The notes under the pieces: model-generated
Seen by the model: only the letters and a program-made list of their open reading frames with translations
Database searches by the model: none
What the model was told of the DNA's origin: nothing
Made by a program: the position numbers and the translations under genes
IMG/VR virus record: IMGVR_UViG_3300042301_003793
Source: a virus
Reading direction: 5' to 3' (one strand)
Length of the DNA: 64,000 bases
Shown here: in pieces, positions 38,127-47,585 of the stretch
Position numbering within the stretch: the stretch's first letter is position 1
Layout of the letters: every line of letters begins with the position of its first letter

Positions 38127-40918
38127 ATATATTCTTCCCACCCTTCTTCTGCTAATTCGTAAATATATTGTGGGTTTATACCAACATTTTCCCAAAACTC
38201 AACTTCTCCCTTTTCCATATCGATGAGGTCTTTTTGTATATCATCCTGATCTTTTTCCTCAAATGGAACTCCATTAATTAATTCACACTGGTCTTTTGTA
38301 AAGAATGGTCTTTCTTCTGGATTCTTAACTAAAAGTCCATCTCTTACTTCTTCTTTAAAAACAACAAGTAATGGTTCCACTCTTTTATTAAATGTTGCAA
38401 TCGCTCTTTGAATATTATATTCACCAGTAAGTCCTGGGTTACTTTCTAATTCTTGGGGATTAATTCTATAACAGTTAAGTTGTATAACAGATTCTATCGT
38501 ATCTGGATTTAATTTTGTATTTGAAAAGAAAGTTTTTAGTTGTTCGTCATTCCACCCTTTCTTTGGTTTATTAACTTTCTGAACATCACCGTGTGAAGCT
38601 TTTGTTCCGTTGTTTACATAATAGATTACATCACCAAGATTAACATTAAGACCTTCATTTATTGCAAGTTCCATATGGGCTTGTCGTGACATTAAAGCAC
38701 CGGCCTTTGTTTTAGTTTTACTTCTTTTGATGTAGTCATCAATTGATTGTTTAATTTTTGCCTTACTTGCGATATCCATTAAAGGAATTTTTTGGTCAAA
38801 TATTTTTTGTAGGTATTCATAGTACCATTCAACAAACCCTTGTCCATTACCATTAAGTAATAGTTTAACTCCTTTATCTAAAAATAACTCAATATACTTT
38901 GGCATCTTTTTAGATTTAATTGTATTTCCTGTAAGTTTTACTTTACCATTATGTTCTAATGTTGCATAGTTTTTACGAGCTAAGTTAATACAAGAATCCC
39001 AAGTTCCGTCACAATCAAGACCCATTGTACCACGCATGAACCGGTCGTTAAATTCGGCCACATCAGCATCATACCCAGTATATTCTTTTCCTTCTTTAAC
39101 TAACCAATTTAATCCACGACCAATGTATTTTCTATCCTCAACTCCCCCATCTGGTAATGAAAAGTTCATACCGTCCGTATCACATACAAGTGGAGTGTAC
39201 CCTCTTTTCATAAAGAATTTTAACATCTGTCTTAAATACTGTCTACCAGTACAAGTAATTTGTTCTCCCATATCCATATCACCCCACGGAAATACTTGTG
39301 GGGCGGAAAGAGCACCAAATAAAGAGTTAATAAAAATCTTAATTGGTAACTGTTTTGTATCATAAGATTTGGCCTTCTTTTTATCAATTGATTTGTATTC
39401 TGATGCCAAGTTCTTATACATAATACGGCTATCCCTAAAATAAGATAATAAACCTTTCATTACACCAGTTATGTCCGATTCTGGGAATACATCGTGTGTT
39501 AATTGAATTGAAGGATAAAGGGATGAGTAGTCAAGTTTTAATACGTCTTTTGAATAACCAGTCTTTAATAATCTTGATAATCCACCAACAAAGTTTCTTT
39601 TTTCTTTTTTTGCTGGAATTGCAAGACCATTCTTATACGACCAGGCAAGCATTACAAGCTTCCAGATTGTGGCTGTACCCATTGTTGATACTCTTTCATA
39701 TGTTGTTGGAAGAAGTGATGCTAGAAGAAAGGACCCTTGGTTAAATTCTTCATCAACAAGTAGCGTCTCTTCTAAGTCATCGTCAAGGTAACGTTCAACA
39801 ATATCATCACCCGTTGTTTGAATATAGATGTCAGTTCTTCTTGAACAAACCTCATCTATCTTCTCATCTACACCAACCTTTTTATATTTACCGTTTTCTA
39901 TATTTAACCAGTATAAGTTTTTTTCTTTGTATAAAGAACCAATCTTATCGTGGTCTATGTACACTCGGTCAGCAGCTTCACCATCAATAAATTTTGTGAT
40001 GTATTTAAGACCCGCCTCTTTGATTGACGAATTAATTGCTTGTGCTCTACGAACTGAATGTATAATATCAATAATGTTATAACCCCACATTTGAGTTTGG
40101 GTAAATTTCTCAACCTCATTACCAAGTTTTAACATTGAATCTTTTTGTGTGATTGACCTTTCACCGTGAAGTGACTTTGCAATTTTTTTAATATCAAGAT
40201 TTAACATCTTACATCTTTCGTAAATCCAATACCAGTCAAAGTTTGCTGAGTTATAACCAGAAATGATTGATGGTTTTATTTCGTCTATAATTTTAAAGAA
40301 CTCAACAAGACCTTTTCGTTCTTCGTCTTCATTTGAGCATTCAATTACTTTTCTATAACCTTTATTTGTTTTAATTCCAATCATAAAGATTCTCCCATCT
40401 CTAGGTTCTAGAGATGTGGTCTCAAGGTCAAATACAAGTCTTGTGATATCATTGTAATCTTCAAATCCTTTAAACAACCTTTTTTCTTTTGAAACTAAGA
40501 ATTGTTCTGTCGGTGTTAACATTAAAAACTTGTCTTTTGCTTTTTCACCCCAAGGATCTATACCACCATCTCTAAAAAATTGTGATAGAGCTCTATACCC
40601 TTTTAATGATTTAACAAGGAATGTTAAACCTTTTTCTAATTGTTCATTTCCGTCTGTTCTTAACTTCTCAATAACAATTCCGTATTTGGACATTGCTTCT
40701 TTTTGTAATGCTTTTGAACCTTGATAAAAGTTAAGTCCACGTAAGTCACCGACCCACGCAAATGCTATTAAACTATCTCTAACGATTGATTTTCCCTTTT
40801 CGGGTACTTCTTTGATTTTATAAATGTGGTCTTTTTGATAATCAAACTCTATTGCCACAATGTGTTCTTCAGGGTCGTTTCCTTCTAGAAACGATTTAAT
40901 TTCTTCTGCTGTAATCAT
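38123..40918 (-). CDS. polB: Family B DNA polymerase with 3'-5' exonuclease
   Basis: Exo I FDLETT, Exo II GYNSANFD, motif A DYSSLYPS, motif B KIFINSLFG, motif C CDTDG; ATG 40918 preferred over 40963. Confidence 0.93.
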   Translation of the reverse strand: MITAEEIKSFLEGNDPEEHIVAIEFDYQKDHIYKIKEVPEKGKSIVRDSLIAFAWVGDLRGLNFYQGSKALQKEAMSKYGIVIEKLRTDGNEQLEKGLTFLVKSLKGYRALSQFFRDGGIDPWGEKAKDKFLMLTPTEQFLVSKEKRLFKGFEDYNDITRLVFDLETTSLEPRDGRIFMIGIKTNKGYRKVIECSNEDEERKGLVEFFKIIDEIKPSIISGYNSANFDWYWIYERCKMLNLDIKKIAKSLHGERSITQKDSMLKLGNEVEKFTQTQMWGYNIIDIIHSVRRAQAINSSIKEAGLKYITKFIDGEAADRVYIDHDKIGSLYKEKNLYWLNIENGKYKKVGVDEKIDEVCSRRTDIYIQTTGDDIVERYLDDDLEETLLVDEEFNQGSFLLASLLPTTYERVSTMGTATIWKLVMLAWSYKNGLAIPAKKEKRNFVGGLSRLLKTGYSKDVLKLDYSSLYPSIQLTHDVFPESDITGVMKGLLSYFRDSRIMYKNLASEYKSIDKKKAKSYDTKQLPIKIFINSLFGALSAPQVFPWGDMDMGEQITCTGRQYLRQMLKFFMKRGYTPLVCDTDGMNFSLPDGGVEDRKYIGRGLNWLVKEGKEYTGYDADVAEFNDRFMRGTMGLDCDGTWDSCINLARKNYATLEHNGKVKLTGNTIKSKKMPKYIELFLDKGVKLLLNGNGQGFVEWYYEYLQKIFDQKIPLMDIASKAKIKQSIDDYIKRSKTKTKAGALMSRQAHMELAINEGLNVNLGDVIYYVNNGTKASHGDVQKVNKPKKGWNDEQLKTFFSNTKLNPDTIESVIQLNCYRINPQELESNPGLTGEYNIQRAIATFNKRVEPLLVVFKEEVRDGLLVKNPEERPFFTKDQCELINGVPFEEKDQDDIQKDLIDMEKGEVEFWENVGINPQYIYELAEEGWEEYI

Positions 40919-40979
40919 AATATATTTTTTGAGTGGTTCATTTGCTGTCGTGTAAAACGACATTTACCTTACCTAAATA

Positions 40980-41008
40980 AATATATTGATTTACCTAACT
41001 AATGTCAA
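40980..41008 (-). promoter_or_regulatory. sigma70-type promoter for polB
   Basis: Minus strand TTGACA-N17-TATATT. Confidence 0.65.
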
Positions 41009-41015
41009 ATAAAAA

Positions 41016-41036
41016 ACCCCAACTTTTGATTGGGGT
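41016..41036 (-). terminator. Rho-independent terminator
   Basis: accccaa / ttggggt stem with a T-run on the minus strand, after the 41049 gene. Confidence 0.7.
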
Positions 41037-41048
41037 GGGTTTAATTTT

Positions 41049-41231
41049 TTAATTTAACAATAAAGCGTGTAATTCTTGCTCAGTCCAAACTTCTTTAAAT
41101 TCAACCTCTTTAAGAACTGGTCCATTTTCAGTTCTGAATCTAATTCCTCTTGGAACTTGTCTAATCGCTTTTACTTTGTGTTCACCAATTGTAATTGGTT
41201 CTTCATACTTAAATAATAATTTGATTTCCAT
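41049..41231 (-). CDS. Hypothetical protein
   Basis: 60-aa ORF filling the gap after the fibre gene. Confidence 0.6.
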   Translation of the reverse strand: MEIKLLFKYEEPITIGEHKVKAIRQVPRGIRFRTENGPVLKEVEFKEVWTEQELHALLLN

Positions 41232-41254
41232 TTTTTTTGTTTTATTTTTATTTA

Positions 41255-44164
41255 TTACGCTATATTTAATACTCCTCCGTTACTCCATACTGTTCCTGGT
41301 GCAAGACCTACCGAACTTGTTGGTATATTACTGATGTGTAAACAATTTACGTGTGTTGTGTTTGCAGCAGTACTAGTAATCCCATTTCCAATAATAAAAG
41401 AACAATCGTTTACAATTTTATTATTACAACCACCAAGTATACCACTAAATTGATTATTTATCGTATTACAATACCCACCACTAATTGTCGAAAGTGGTCC
41501 GTTTGCTGTGTTAATATTTCCACCACCTACAGTTGAAACATCTCCACTTGATGTGTTATTTCGTCCACCACTTACAGTTGAATAACCTCCGCTTGTTGTA
41601 TTTCTATTACCACCACTTACTGTTGAAAAGCAACCTAATGCTAAATGTCCAGAATATCCAGATGATGAACCACCACCACCAATAGTTGAATAACAACCGC
41701 TTGCTGTGTTACAAACACCACCACTTACAGTTGAAATATCTCCACTTGCTGTGTTACAAACACCACCACTTACGGTTGAATAATTACAACTTGATGTGTT
41801 TCTATATCCACCACTTACGGTCGAGCCAGCCCCACTTGATGTGTTTTGATAACCTCCACTTATTGTTGAATAATTTCCACTTGATGTGTTAACATACCCA
41901 CCACTTACGGTTGCAGAATTTCCAGTTGATGTGTTACAATATCCACCACTTACAGTTGAGCGATATCCACTTGATGTGTTATTTATTCCACCACTTACTG
42001 TTGAATACCGACCACTTGATGTGTTATTTCGTCCACCACTTACGGTTGCATGAGTATTGTTTTGTGTTTGGATATTTAACCAAACATCATCCAAAGGTGA
42101 AGATCCACCAAATAATCCACCGTTAAAATATAGTGTTTCACCATTAGAATACCCAGAACCTCCGTTTTGTATTTGAACGGTTTGTAATACACCAAGAACA
42201 AAATCAAAACTAAAGTATGCTCCAGATCCGGTACCACTTGATGTTGATGTTGGTGCAATACTACCATAAGAACTATTTAAAGTTCCACCAGTATATGTAA
42301 AACCAGGTATTCCACTAACATAATTATTTATTCCAGAAACGTTATTTTCTCCACCACCAATAAATGAGTTGTAACTACTTGCGGTATTGTTACATCCACC
42401 AACAATTGATGAAAAAGAACTTTTTACAACATTATCAAAACCACCACCAATAAATGAATAATCACTATTTGTTGTAATTGTGTTATTTTCTCCTCCGGCA
42501 ATTGTTGCAGTTTCACTACCTATAATTGTGTTATCATCACCACCACCGATTGTTGCATATTCGCTATATGTTGATATTGTATTATTTGCACCACCGGCAA
42601 TTGTTGAGTAATCAGCAGATGTTGTATTTTCATAACCACCACTTATTGTTGAGTATTCTCCAGATGCAGTATTTTGACATCCACCGGCAATAGTTGCATA
42701 GTTATTTGTTGTTGTATTTACATTAAATGTTACATCATCAATTCCAGATGTTCCGCCAAATATACTACCATCAAAGAAAAATAAATCATTTGATTCATAA
42801 AAATTTCCTCTATTGTTAACCGTAACATTATTAAGTGTTCCTAAAAAGAATTGAAAATTAAAAGTTGCAGCAAAACCATAAAGTGAATTTGTTGAGGTTG
42901 GTTGTATATTTGTAAATAATCCATTAAGTGTTCCTCCTGTGTATGTTTGGTTATAAACACCGCTTACACCATTTCTAACACCACCTTCATTACATCTACC
43001 ACCAGATATTGTACTATAACAACCATAAGTTGTATTTTGTCTACCACCACTTATTGTTGAATAACAAGAATCAATATTTATAATATTACAACGACCACCA
43101 CCAATTGTTGAACAATTTGCACTACTTATATTTCTACACCCACCACCAATTGTTGACGTATTTCTATATGCGGTATTTAAACAACCACCACCAATTGCAA
43201 TATTATTACCACCATTAGTAGTATTAATTTGTAATGTAACATTATCTTGTGGTATAGCACCACCAAATAATAATCCGTTAAATGTTAAAGTATCGCCACT
43301 AACATATCCTTGACCAATTTGATTAACATATACATTACTTAAGGTTGTTGGTGATGAAAAGTAAAAAGAAAATGTTGAACCAGAACCAAGACCAGAAAGT
43401 GTTGATGATGGTGAAAATGAACCATAAAAACCACTAGATGGAATATTACCGGTAAAAGTTTGGTTATATATTGAATCGACAACGCCATTAATTCCGGATG
43501 TATTACAAGAGCCACCACCAATAACAGAACTATTACCTAACGATGTGTTAAGTATACCACCACTGATTGTTGATACATAACCACTTGCGGTATTTCCAGA
43601 ACCTCCGGCAATAATTGAAATATTACCTAATGCTGCCGAGTTAACACCAATTCTTTGTGTTGAATCTAAACCAGAACCAACTTCATATAATGAAGTTCCA
43701 GTACCACCAGTTGTAAATCCAGTTACACCAAATGACGTTCCGTTATTATCTTTTAGTGTTAATGTACCAGTTGTATTATCATAAGTTCCACCAGTAACAA
43801 ATACATCAGTAGAACCAGTATATAAACCACTAATTGATAAAGAACCATTTTGTCTCCCTAATGTTATTGTACCATTAGAATATGTACCGCCAGTAACATA
43901 AAAATCTGTACCACCAGTATATAAACCATTAATTGATACAGAACCATTTTGTCTATTAAGTGTTATTGTACCGTTAGAATATGTACCACCAGTAACAAAG
44001 TTATCTGATATACCACTTAAAACATAATTTTTAAATTGTACTATTGGTGTTTGTTTTGTTTCACCAGTTACACTACCCAAGTAATTTACAATTGGAATAA
44101 TGTCGTTTGTTGTATAACCTGAATTACCTAAGTATGGTAATTCCGAAATTCTTTTATCTGCCAT
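41255..44164 (-). CDS. Tail fibre / adhesin with 15-aa beta-helix repeats and three inserted beta-domains
   Basis: N-terminal MADKRISELP; FVTGGTY repeats; NT(S/A)SGxYSTVSGGxx repeats. Confidence 0.75.
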   Translation of the reverse strand: MADKRISELPYLGNSGYTTNDIIPIVNYLGSVTGETKQTPIVQFKNYVLSGISDNFVTGGTYSNGTITLNRQNGSVSINGLYTGGTDFYVTGGTYSNGTITLGRQNGSLSISGLYTGSTDVFVTGGTYDNTTGTLTLKDNNGTSFGVTGFTTGGTGTSLYEVGSGLDSTQRIGVNSAALGNISIIAGGSGNTASGYVSTISGGILNTSLGNSSVIGGGSCNTSGINGVVDSIYNQTFTGNIPSSGFYGSFSPSSTLSGLGSGSTFSFYFSSPTTLSNVYVNQIGQGYVSGDTLTFNGLLFGGAIPQDNVTLQINTTNGGNNIAIGGGCLNTAYRNTSTIGGGCRNISSANCSTIGGGRCNIINIDSCYSTISGGRQNTTYGCYSTISGGRCNEGGVRNGVSGVYNQTYTGGTLNGLFTNIQPTSTNSLYGFAATFNFQFFLGTLNNVTVNNRGNFYESNDLFFFDGSIFGGTSGIDDVTFNVNTTTNNYATIAGGCQNTASGEYSTISGGYENTTSADYSTIAGGANNTISTYSEYATIGGGDDNTIIGSETATIAGGENNTITTNSDYSFIGGGFDNVVKSSFSSIVGGCNNTASSYNSFIGGGENNVSGINNYVSGIPGFTYTGGTLNSSYGSIAPTSTSSGTGSGAYFSFDFVLGVLQTVQIQNGGSGYSNGETLYFNGGLFGGSSPLDDVWLNIQTQNNTHATVSGGRNNTSSGRYSTVSGGINNTSSGYRSTVSGGYCNTSTGNSATVSGGYVNTSSGNYSTISGGYQNTSSGAGSTVSGGYRNTSSCNYSTVSGGVCNTASGDISTVSGGVCNTASGCYSTIGGGGSSSGYSGHLALGCFSTVSGGNRNTTSGGYSTVSGGRNNTSSGDVSTVGGGNINTANGPLSTISGGYCNTINNQFSGILGGCNNKIVNDCSFIIGNGITSTAANTTHVNCLHISNIPTSSVGLAPGTVWSNGGVLNIA
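41530..42050 (-). repeat. 45-nt coding tandem repeat (15 aa)
   Basis: ccaccacttac recurs at 45-nt spacing, e.g. 41943 and 41988. Confidence 0.85.
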
Positions 44165-44211
44165 TTTTTTTTATCTTATAAATAGTTTTATTTTTTTTAA
44201 ATTCATTACTT

Positions 44212-45108
44212 TTAGTAAATTATTTTATCATTGTTTTCTGTCTTTAACACATTTCCGTTTTCAGTGAGTATATAGAAAGTTTCTGGTAACGGACTTGGTG
44301 TTGGTGTTGGAAAAGGTGTTGGTGTTGGTGTTGGTGTAATTGGGAACTGTTCAAATATTTCCCAAGTAGCATCACTTGGTGTCACAACAATATTTCCAAA
44401 CGCGTCATTCCTTGATAAATTATCAAAATTTTCATCTAATATAACTTGTGTCGTTCCAGATGTAAAACCAGTCGATATTGTAAGACCAGTTGATATTGTA
44501 ATTGGATTTCCACTATAAACACCTAATATGTGGTCAAAATTAAATTGTACGTCTTGACCTAGTATTGTTTTATTTGCTGTTAAATAATAATCAACAACAA
44601 CAGACCCAGATGTAACAACGGCCGTTAATTGTAAATTAAGTGGGATTGGTTGTACACAAATTGTTGTTGTAGTCGCAGTAATAACCGGACTTGTATTACA
44701 ACAAGGAAATTCACTAACATAACAATTATTATATTCTAATGAATCACCAATAAAACTTTCTTGTACATTAATATATAGTTTGTCTCTTAAAGGTAGTATT
44801 AAAACACCTTCATCATTTCTAAATAAAAATTGTCCTTCATATCTACCAACCTTTCTTGTATCTGTATTTGAAAACTGATAATAAACATAATATTCTGGTT
44901 CGGCATTTGGGTCCAACATTTCTTTTGCAACAAATCCTGCTGGTCTTGTGATAATCTTTGGTATTCCAGTATCAACATCAACCATTGAAAAGAATATCGC
45001 AGATTCTTCAATAAGACTCATCATTCTATTATAATCACTTCTGCCATCCTTGACAACTTGCATTTTTAATAAAGGAAGAGTTGCATTTTTCTTAATAAAG
45101 AATTCCAT
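44212..45108 (-). CDS. BppU-like baseplate/adaptor protein with Ig-like module and PT linker
   Basis: MEFFIKKNATLPLL..., YQFSNTDTRKVGRYEGQF; C-terminal ILTENGNVLKTE. Confidence 0.55.
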   Translation of the reverse strand: MEFFIKKNATLPLLKMQVVKDGRSDYNRMMSLIEESAIFFSMVDVDTGIPKIITRPAGFVAKEMLDPNAEPEYYVYYQFSNTDTRKVGRYEGQFLFRNDEGVLILPLRDKLYINVQESFIGDSLEYNNCYVSEFPCCNTSPVITATTTTICVQPIPLNLQLTAVVTSGSVVVDYYLTANKTILGQDVQFNFDHILGVYSGNPITISTGLTISTGFTSGTTQVILDENFDNLSRNDAFGNIVVTPSDATWEIFEQFPITPTPTPTPFPTPTPSPLPETFYILTENGNVLKTENNDKIIY

Positions 45109-45203
45109 TTAACTTTTATTCATAAATAGTTAGTTATTTAAAAAATTTTTAATAAAAAAATTAAAAAGGTGAAACTTTTTTATATTGAAAGATATTTATT
45201 AGT

Positions 45204-45359
45204 ATGGGAAGAAAATTAATGGAAGAAAAAGAACGAAAAATTAAATTTGGAATTAGTTTAAATCGTAAAATTTTTGATAGAATGGTTGATGAAAAAGAAA
45301 ATAAATCTCGGTTGATTGAAAAATTATTGAAAGAATATTATGGAAACAAAAATTTGTAA
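45204..45359 (+). CDS. Uncalled small RHH-like DNA-binding protein (51 aa)
   Basis: Hand translation MGRKLMEEKERKIKFGISLNRKIFDRMVDEKENKSRLIEKLLKEYYGNKNL*; overlaps the start of the HNH gene. Confidence 0.65.
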   Translation: MGRKLMEEKERKIKFGISLNRKIFDRMVDEKENKSRLIEKLLKEYYGNKNL

Positions 45360-45927
45360 AAAATGTAAAGAAGAAAAAGAAATTTGTGAGTTCTATAAGG
45401 ATAGAAAATCAAAAGACAGTAAAAGGTCAAGATGTAAAAAATGTTTAAATTTACAAAACACTTTATATGTTAAAAAAAATAAAGATAGAGTTAACTCTAT
45501 TAAACAAAAATATGTTGATAATAACAAAGAAAAAGTAAAACAAAGTAAAAAAGAATGGTTTGATAAAAATCCTAACTATAGAAATGAATGGACTATTAAT
45601 AATTATAAAAATGATTTTCTTTTCAGATTAGTCAATATAATGAGAGCAAGAACAAGACTTTTTTTAAAATCAAAAAATATTAGGAAGAAAAACAATACAT
45701 TTGAAATCGTAGGGTGTTCACCTGAATTTTTAAAAGAATATATTGAAAAGCAATTTACTAAAGGTATGAATTGGGAGTTATTTGGTAGTCACATACATAT
45801 TGACCACATAATCCCATTATCTTTTGCAAAAACAGAAGAAGAAACATATAAACTTTGTCATTATACAAATCTCCAACCACTTTGGGCTGAAGATAATTTA
45901 AAAAAAAGTAATAAAATTTTAAATTAA
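45340..45927 (+). CDS. HNH-family endonuclease with N-terminal Zn finger (homing-like)
   Basis: CKKC...CKKC; HIDHIIPL...CHYTNLQPLWAEDNLKKSNK. Confidence 0.8.
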   Translation: METKICKKCKEEKEICEFYKDRKSKDSKRSRCKKCLNLQNTLYVKKNKDRVNSIKQKYVDNNKEKVKQSKKEWFDKNPNYRNEWTINNYKNDFLFRLVNIMRARTRLFLKSKNIRKKNNTFEIVGCSPEFLKEYIEKQFTKGMNWELFGSHIHIDHIIPLSFAKTEEETYKLCHYTNLQPLWAEDNLKKSNKILN

Positions 45928-47585
45928 CTTTCTTTTCTTAATTCTTTAGAATAATGATCAAAGCGTTCATGCTCAACTGGTGTTAATAATAACAAACCAC
46001 CCCTTAATTGATTTTTCTTTGTTAATTGGTAATGATGACTCATCCAAGTATTTTCAAAAGGGTGTGTCCATTTTGTATCCAAAAACATTTTTTTATTACC
46101 TTCTTGACTTATAATATGTGTCCAATTACAATAGTATATTTCACCATCAACATATGGTAATCCTTTATGTGACATTATATTATTAAACTTGGTTTTTGGT
46201 ACATTTGGTTCTAATCCATTGGTTGGTAAATTGGGTTTTTCAGGAAAATACTCATTTCTTTTTTCTTGTGGTAGGTTATACCAGGGCCAACAAGTCCCGT
46301 TGTCACCGTAAAATTCACTATAATTTATTTTGAGAAATTCAAAATCTTCTTTATCCATTATTTCAAAACACTTGTTAAATAAATTTGGTGTGTATCTATT
46401 AAATCCGTTTTTACAAGTTTCATCTGGTTTATTTTGGAAAAACATATCATCCTCTGACCACCACATATATTGTAAATCCGTGTTAGCAAAATGTTCGGCA
46501 ACAAATTGTCTTCCACCACAAATACCCAAATTATTCTTCTTAATGTGTTCAAAACCATATTCATCACATAACTCTTTATACCTTGGTGTTGTTGAAAGAT
46601 CTGTTGAGTTATCAAGTAAATATTTTTTTGTTTTATGTATAAAATTTGGGTCATAACCCAACATTGATTTTATTAAAGTTTCAAATTGTTTTGGTGAGTT
46701 AAACGTGATTACATATAAACCAATATCTCCTTTATATTTTGTTACAACTTTTTTTCCCTTATTTTTAATTACAACCGTATTATTTTTTACGTCTTCAAAA
46801 AATTTATATACCAAACCATTTGATTCTATTTCACAATAATCAATCATTGATGGATAAAGATAAGTCATAATTGTAAAAATACTCTCTTCGGTACCCATTA
46901 AATTTTTATTTAATGTATCAATAAGTAATTGGTAATATAAAACATTTAAGTCAGCAATTTTTTGTTTTGTTCCACCAAAAAATCCACCTCTTGAGACAAA
47001 CTCTGTTTTTGTTTTTGCGTAGTCACACATTTTTTTATAATCAAATCCGTGCACTTCGTTTTCCGCTTCATAAGGAAAAACAACAAACATAAATTTATCA
47101 AATAAACTTTCTATTTTATCTAATACATTATCACGAGTAAAATACCCAAGATTAACCGTGTTAGTTAATCCAGCGTCTATCCAGTAAAGTTTTTCGGAAT
47201 TAAAAGGATCCAAAATAGAAGCGTCGTGTAGTAAAAACATTTTGGACATTACAAGTGGATTGTAATATTCTAATCTTGCTTGTGTTGATTCTTTTAACCA
47301 ACCAGAAATATTATACCAATTTTCATTTGTTCTTATTTTTTGGATTTTATCAAAGTATTCGTTATTTCTAAACCAAGATAAATCCCTATTGATAAATTTT
47401 GTATTAGTTGGGTTTCTATATTTGAATACAAATTCTTCTAAGTGGTTATCACCAAAAATAATTAAATTACAATCTATTTCTAAAAGTTCTTTAAATTTTT
47501 CTAAATAATAATCAAAAGATCTATTCCATCCTTCATTAAGATTACCCCTTCCAATATCCCAAAGACCTGTAACAAGTGTTATCAT
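45924..47585 (-). CDS. HtrL/YibB(WlaTC)-like domain fused to a GT-A glycosyltransferase domain
   Basis: N-terminal TLVTGLWDIGR, WIDAG, GGFFGG, GTEESI; C-terminal YVITFNS, WSEDDM. Confidence 0.7.
   Translation of the reverse strand: MITLVTGLWDIGRGNLNEGWNRSFDYYLEKFKELLEIDCNLIIFGDNHLEEFVFKYRNPTNTKFINRDLSWFRNNEYFDKIQKIRTNENWYNISGWLKESTQARLEYYNPLVMSKMFLLHDASILDPFNSEKLYWIDAGLTNTVNLGYFTRDNVLDKIESLFDKFMFVVFPYEAENEVHGFDYKKMCDYAKTKTEFVSRGGFFGGTKQKIADLNVLYYQLLIDTLNKNLMGTEESIFTIMTYLYPSMIDYCEIESNGLVYKFFEDVKNNTVVIKNKGKKVVTKYKGDIGLYVITFNSPKQFETLIKSMLGYDPNFIHKTKKYLLDNSTDLSTTPRYKELCDEYGFEHIKKNNLGICGGRQFVAEHFANTDLQYMWWSEDDMFFQNKPDETCKNGFNRYTPNLFNKCFEIMDKEDFEFLKINYSEFYGDNGTCWPWYNLPQEKRNEYFPEKPNLPTNGLEPNVPKTKFNNIMSHKGLPYVDGEIYYCNWTHIISQEGNKKMFLDTKWTHPFENTWMSHHYQLTKKNQLRGGLLLLTPVEHERFDHYSKELRKES

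Noticed and set aside
563-40963. Inteins or introns in RNR, DnaB, RecA or PolB
   Set aside because: Lengths are ordinary, motifs are contiguous, and I saw no intein junction or LAGLIDADG motifs.
40919-40963. Longer N-termini given by the ORF track for polB (40963); also HAD (26697), CysC (50758) and RHH (30881)
   Set aside because: Downstream ATGs fit better with promoter spacing, gene overlaps and where the domains begin.
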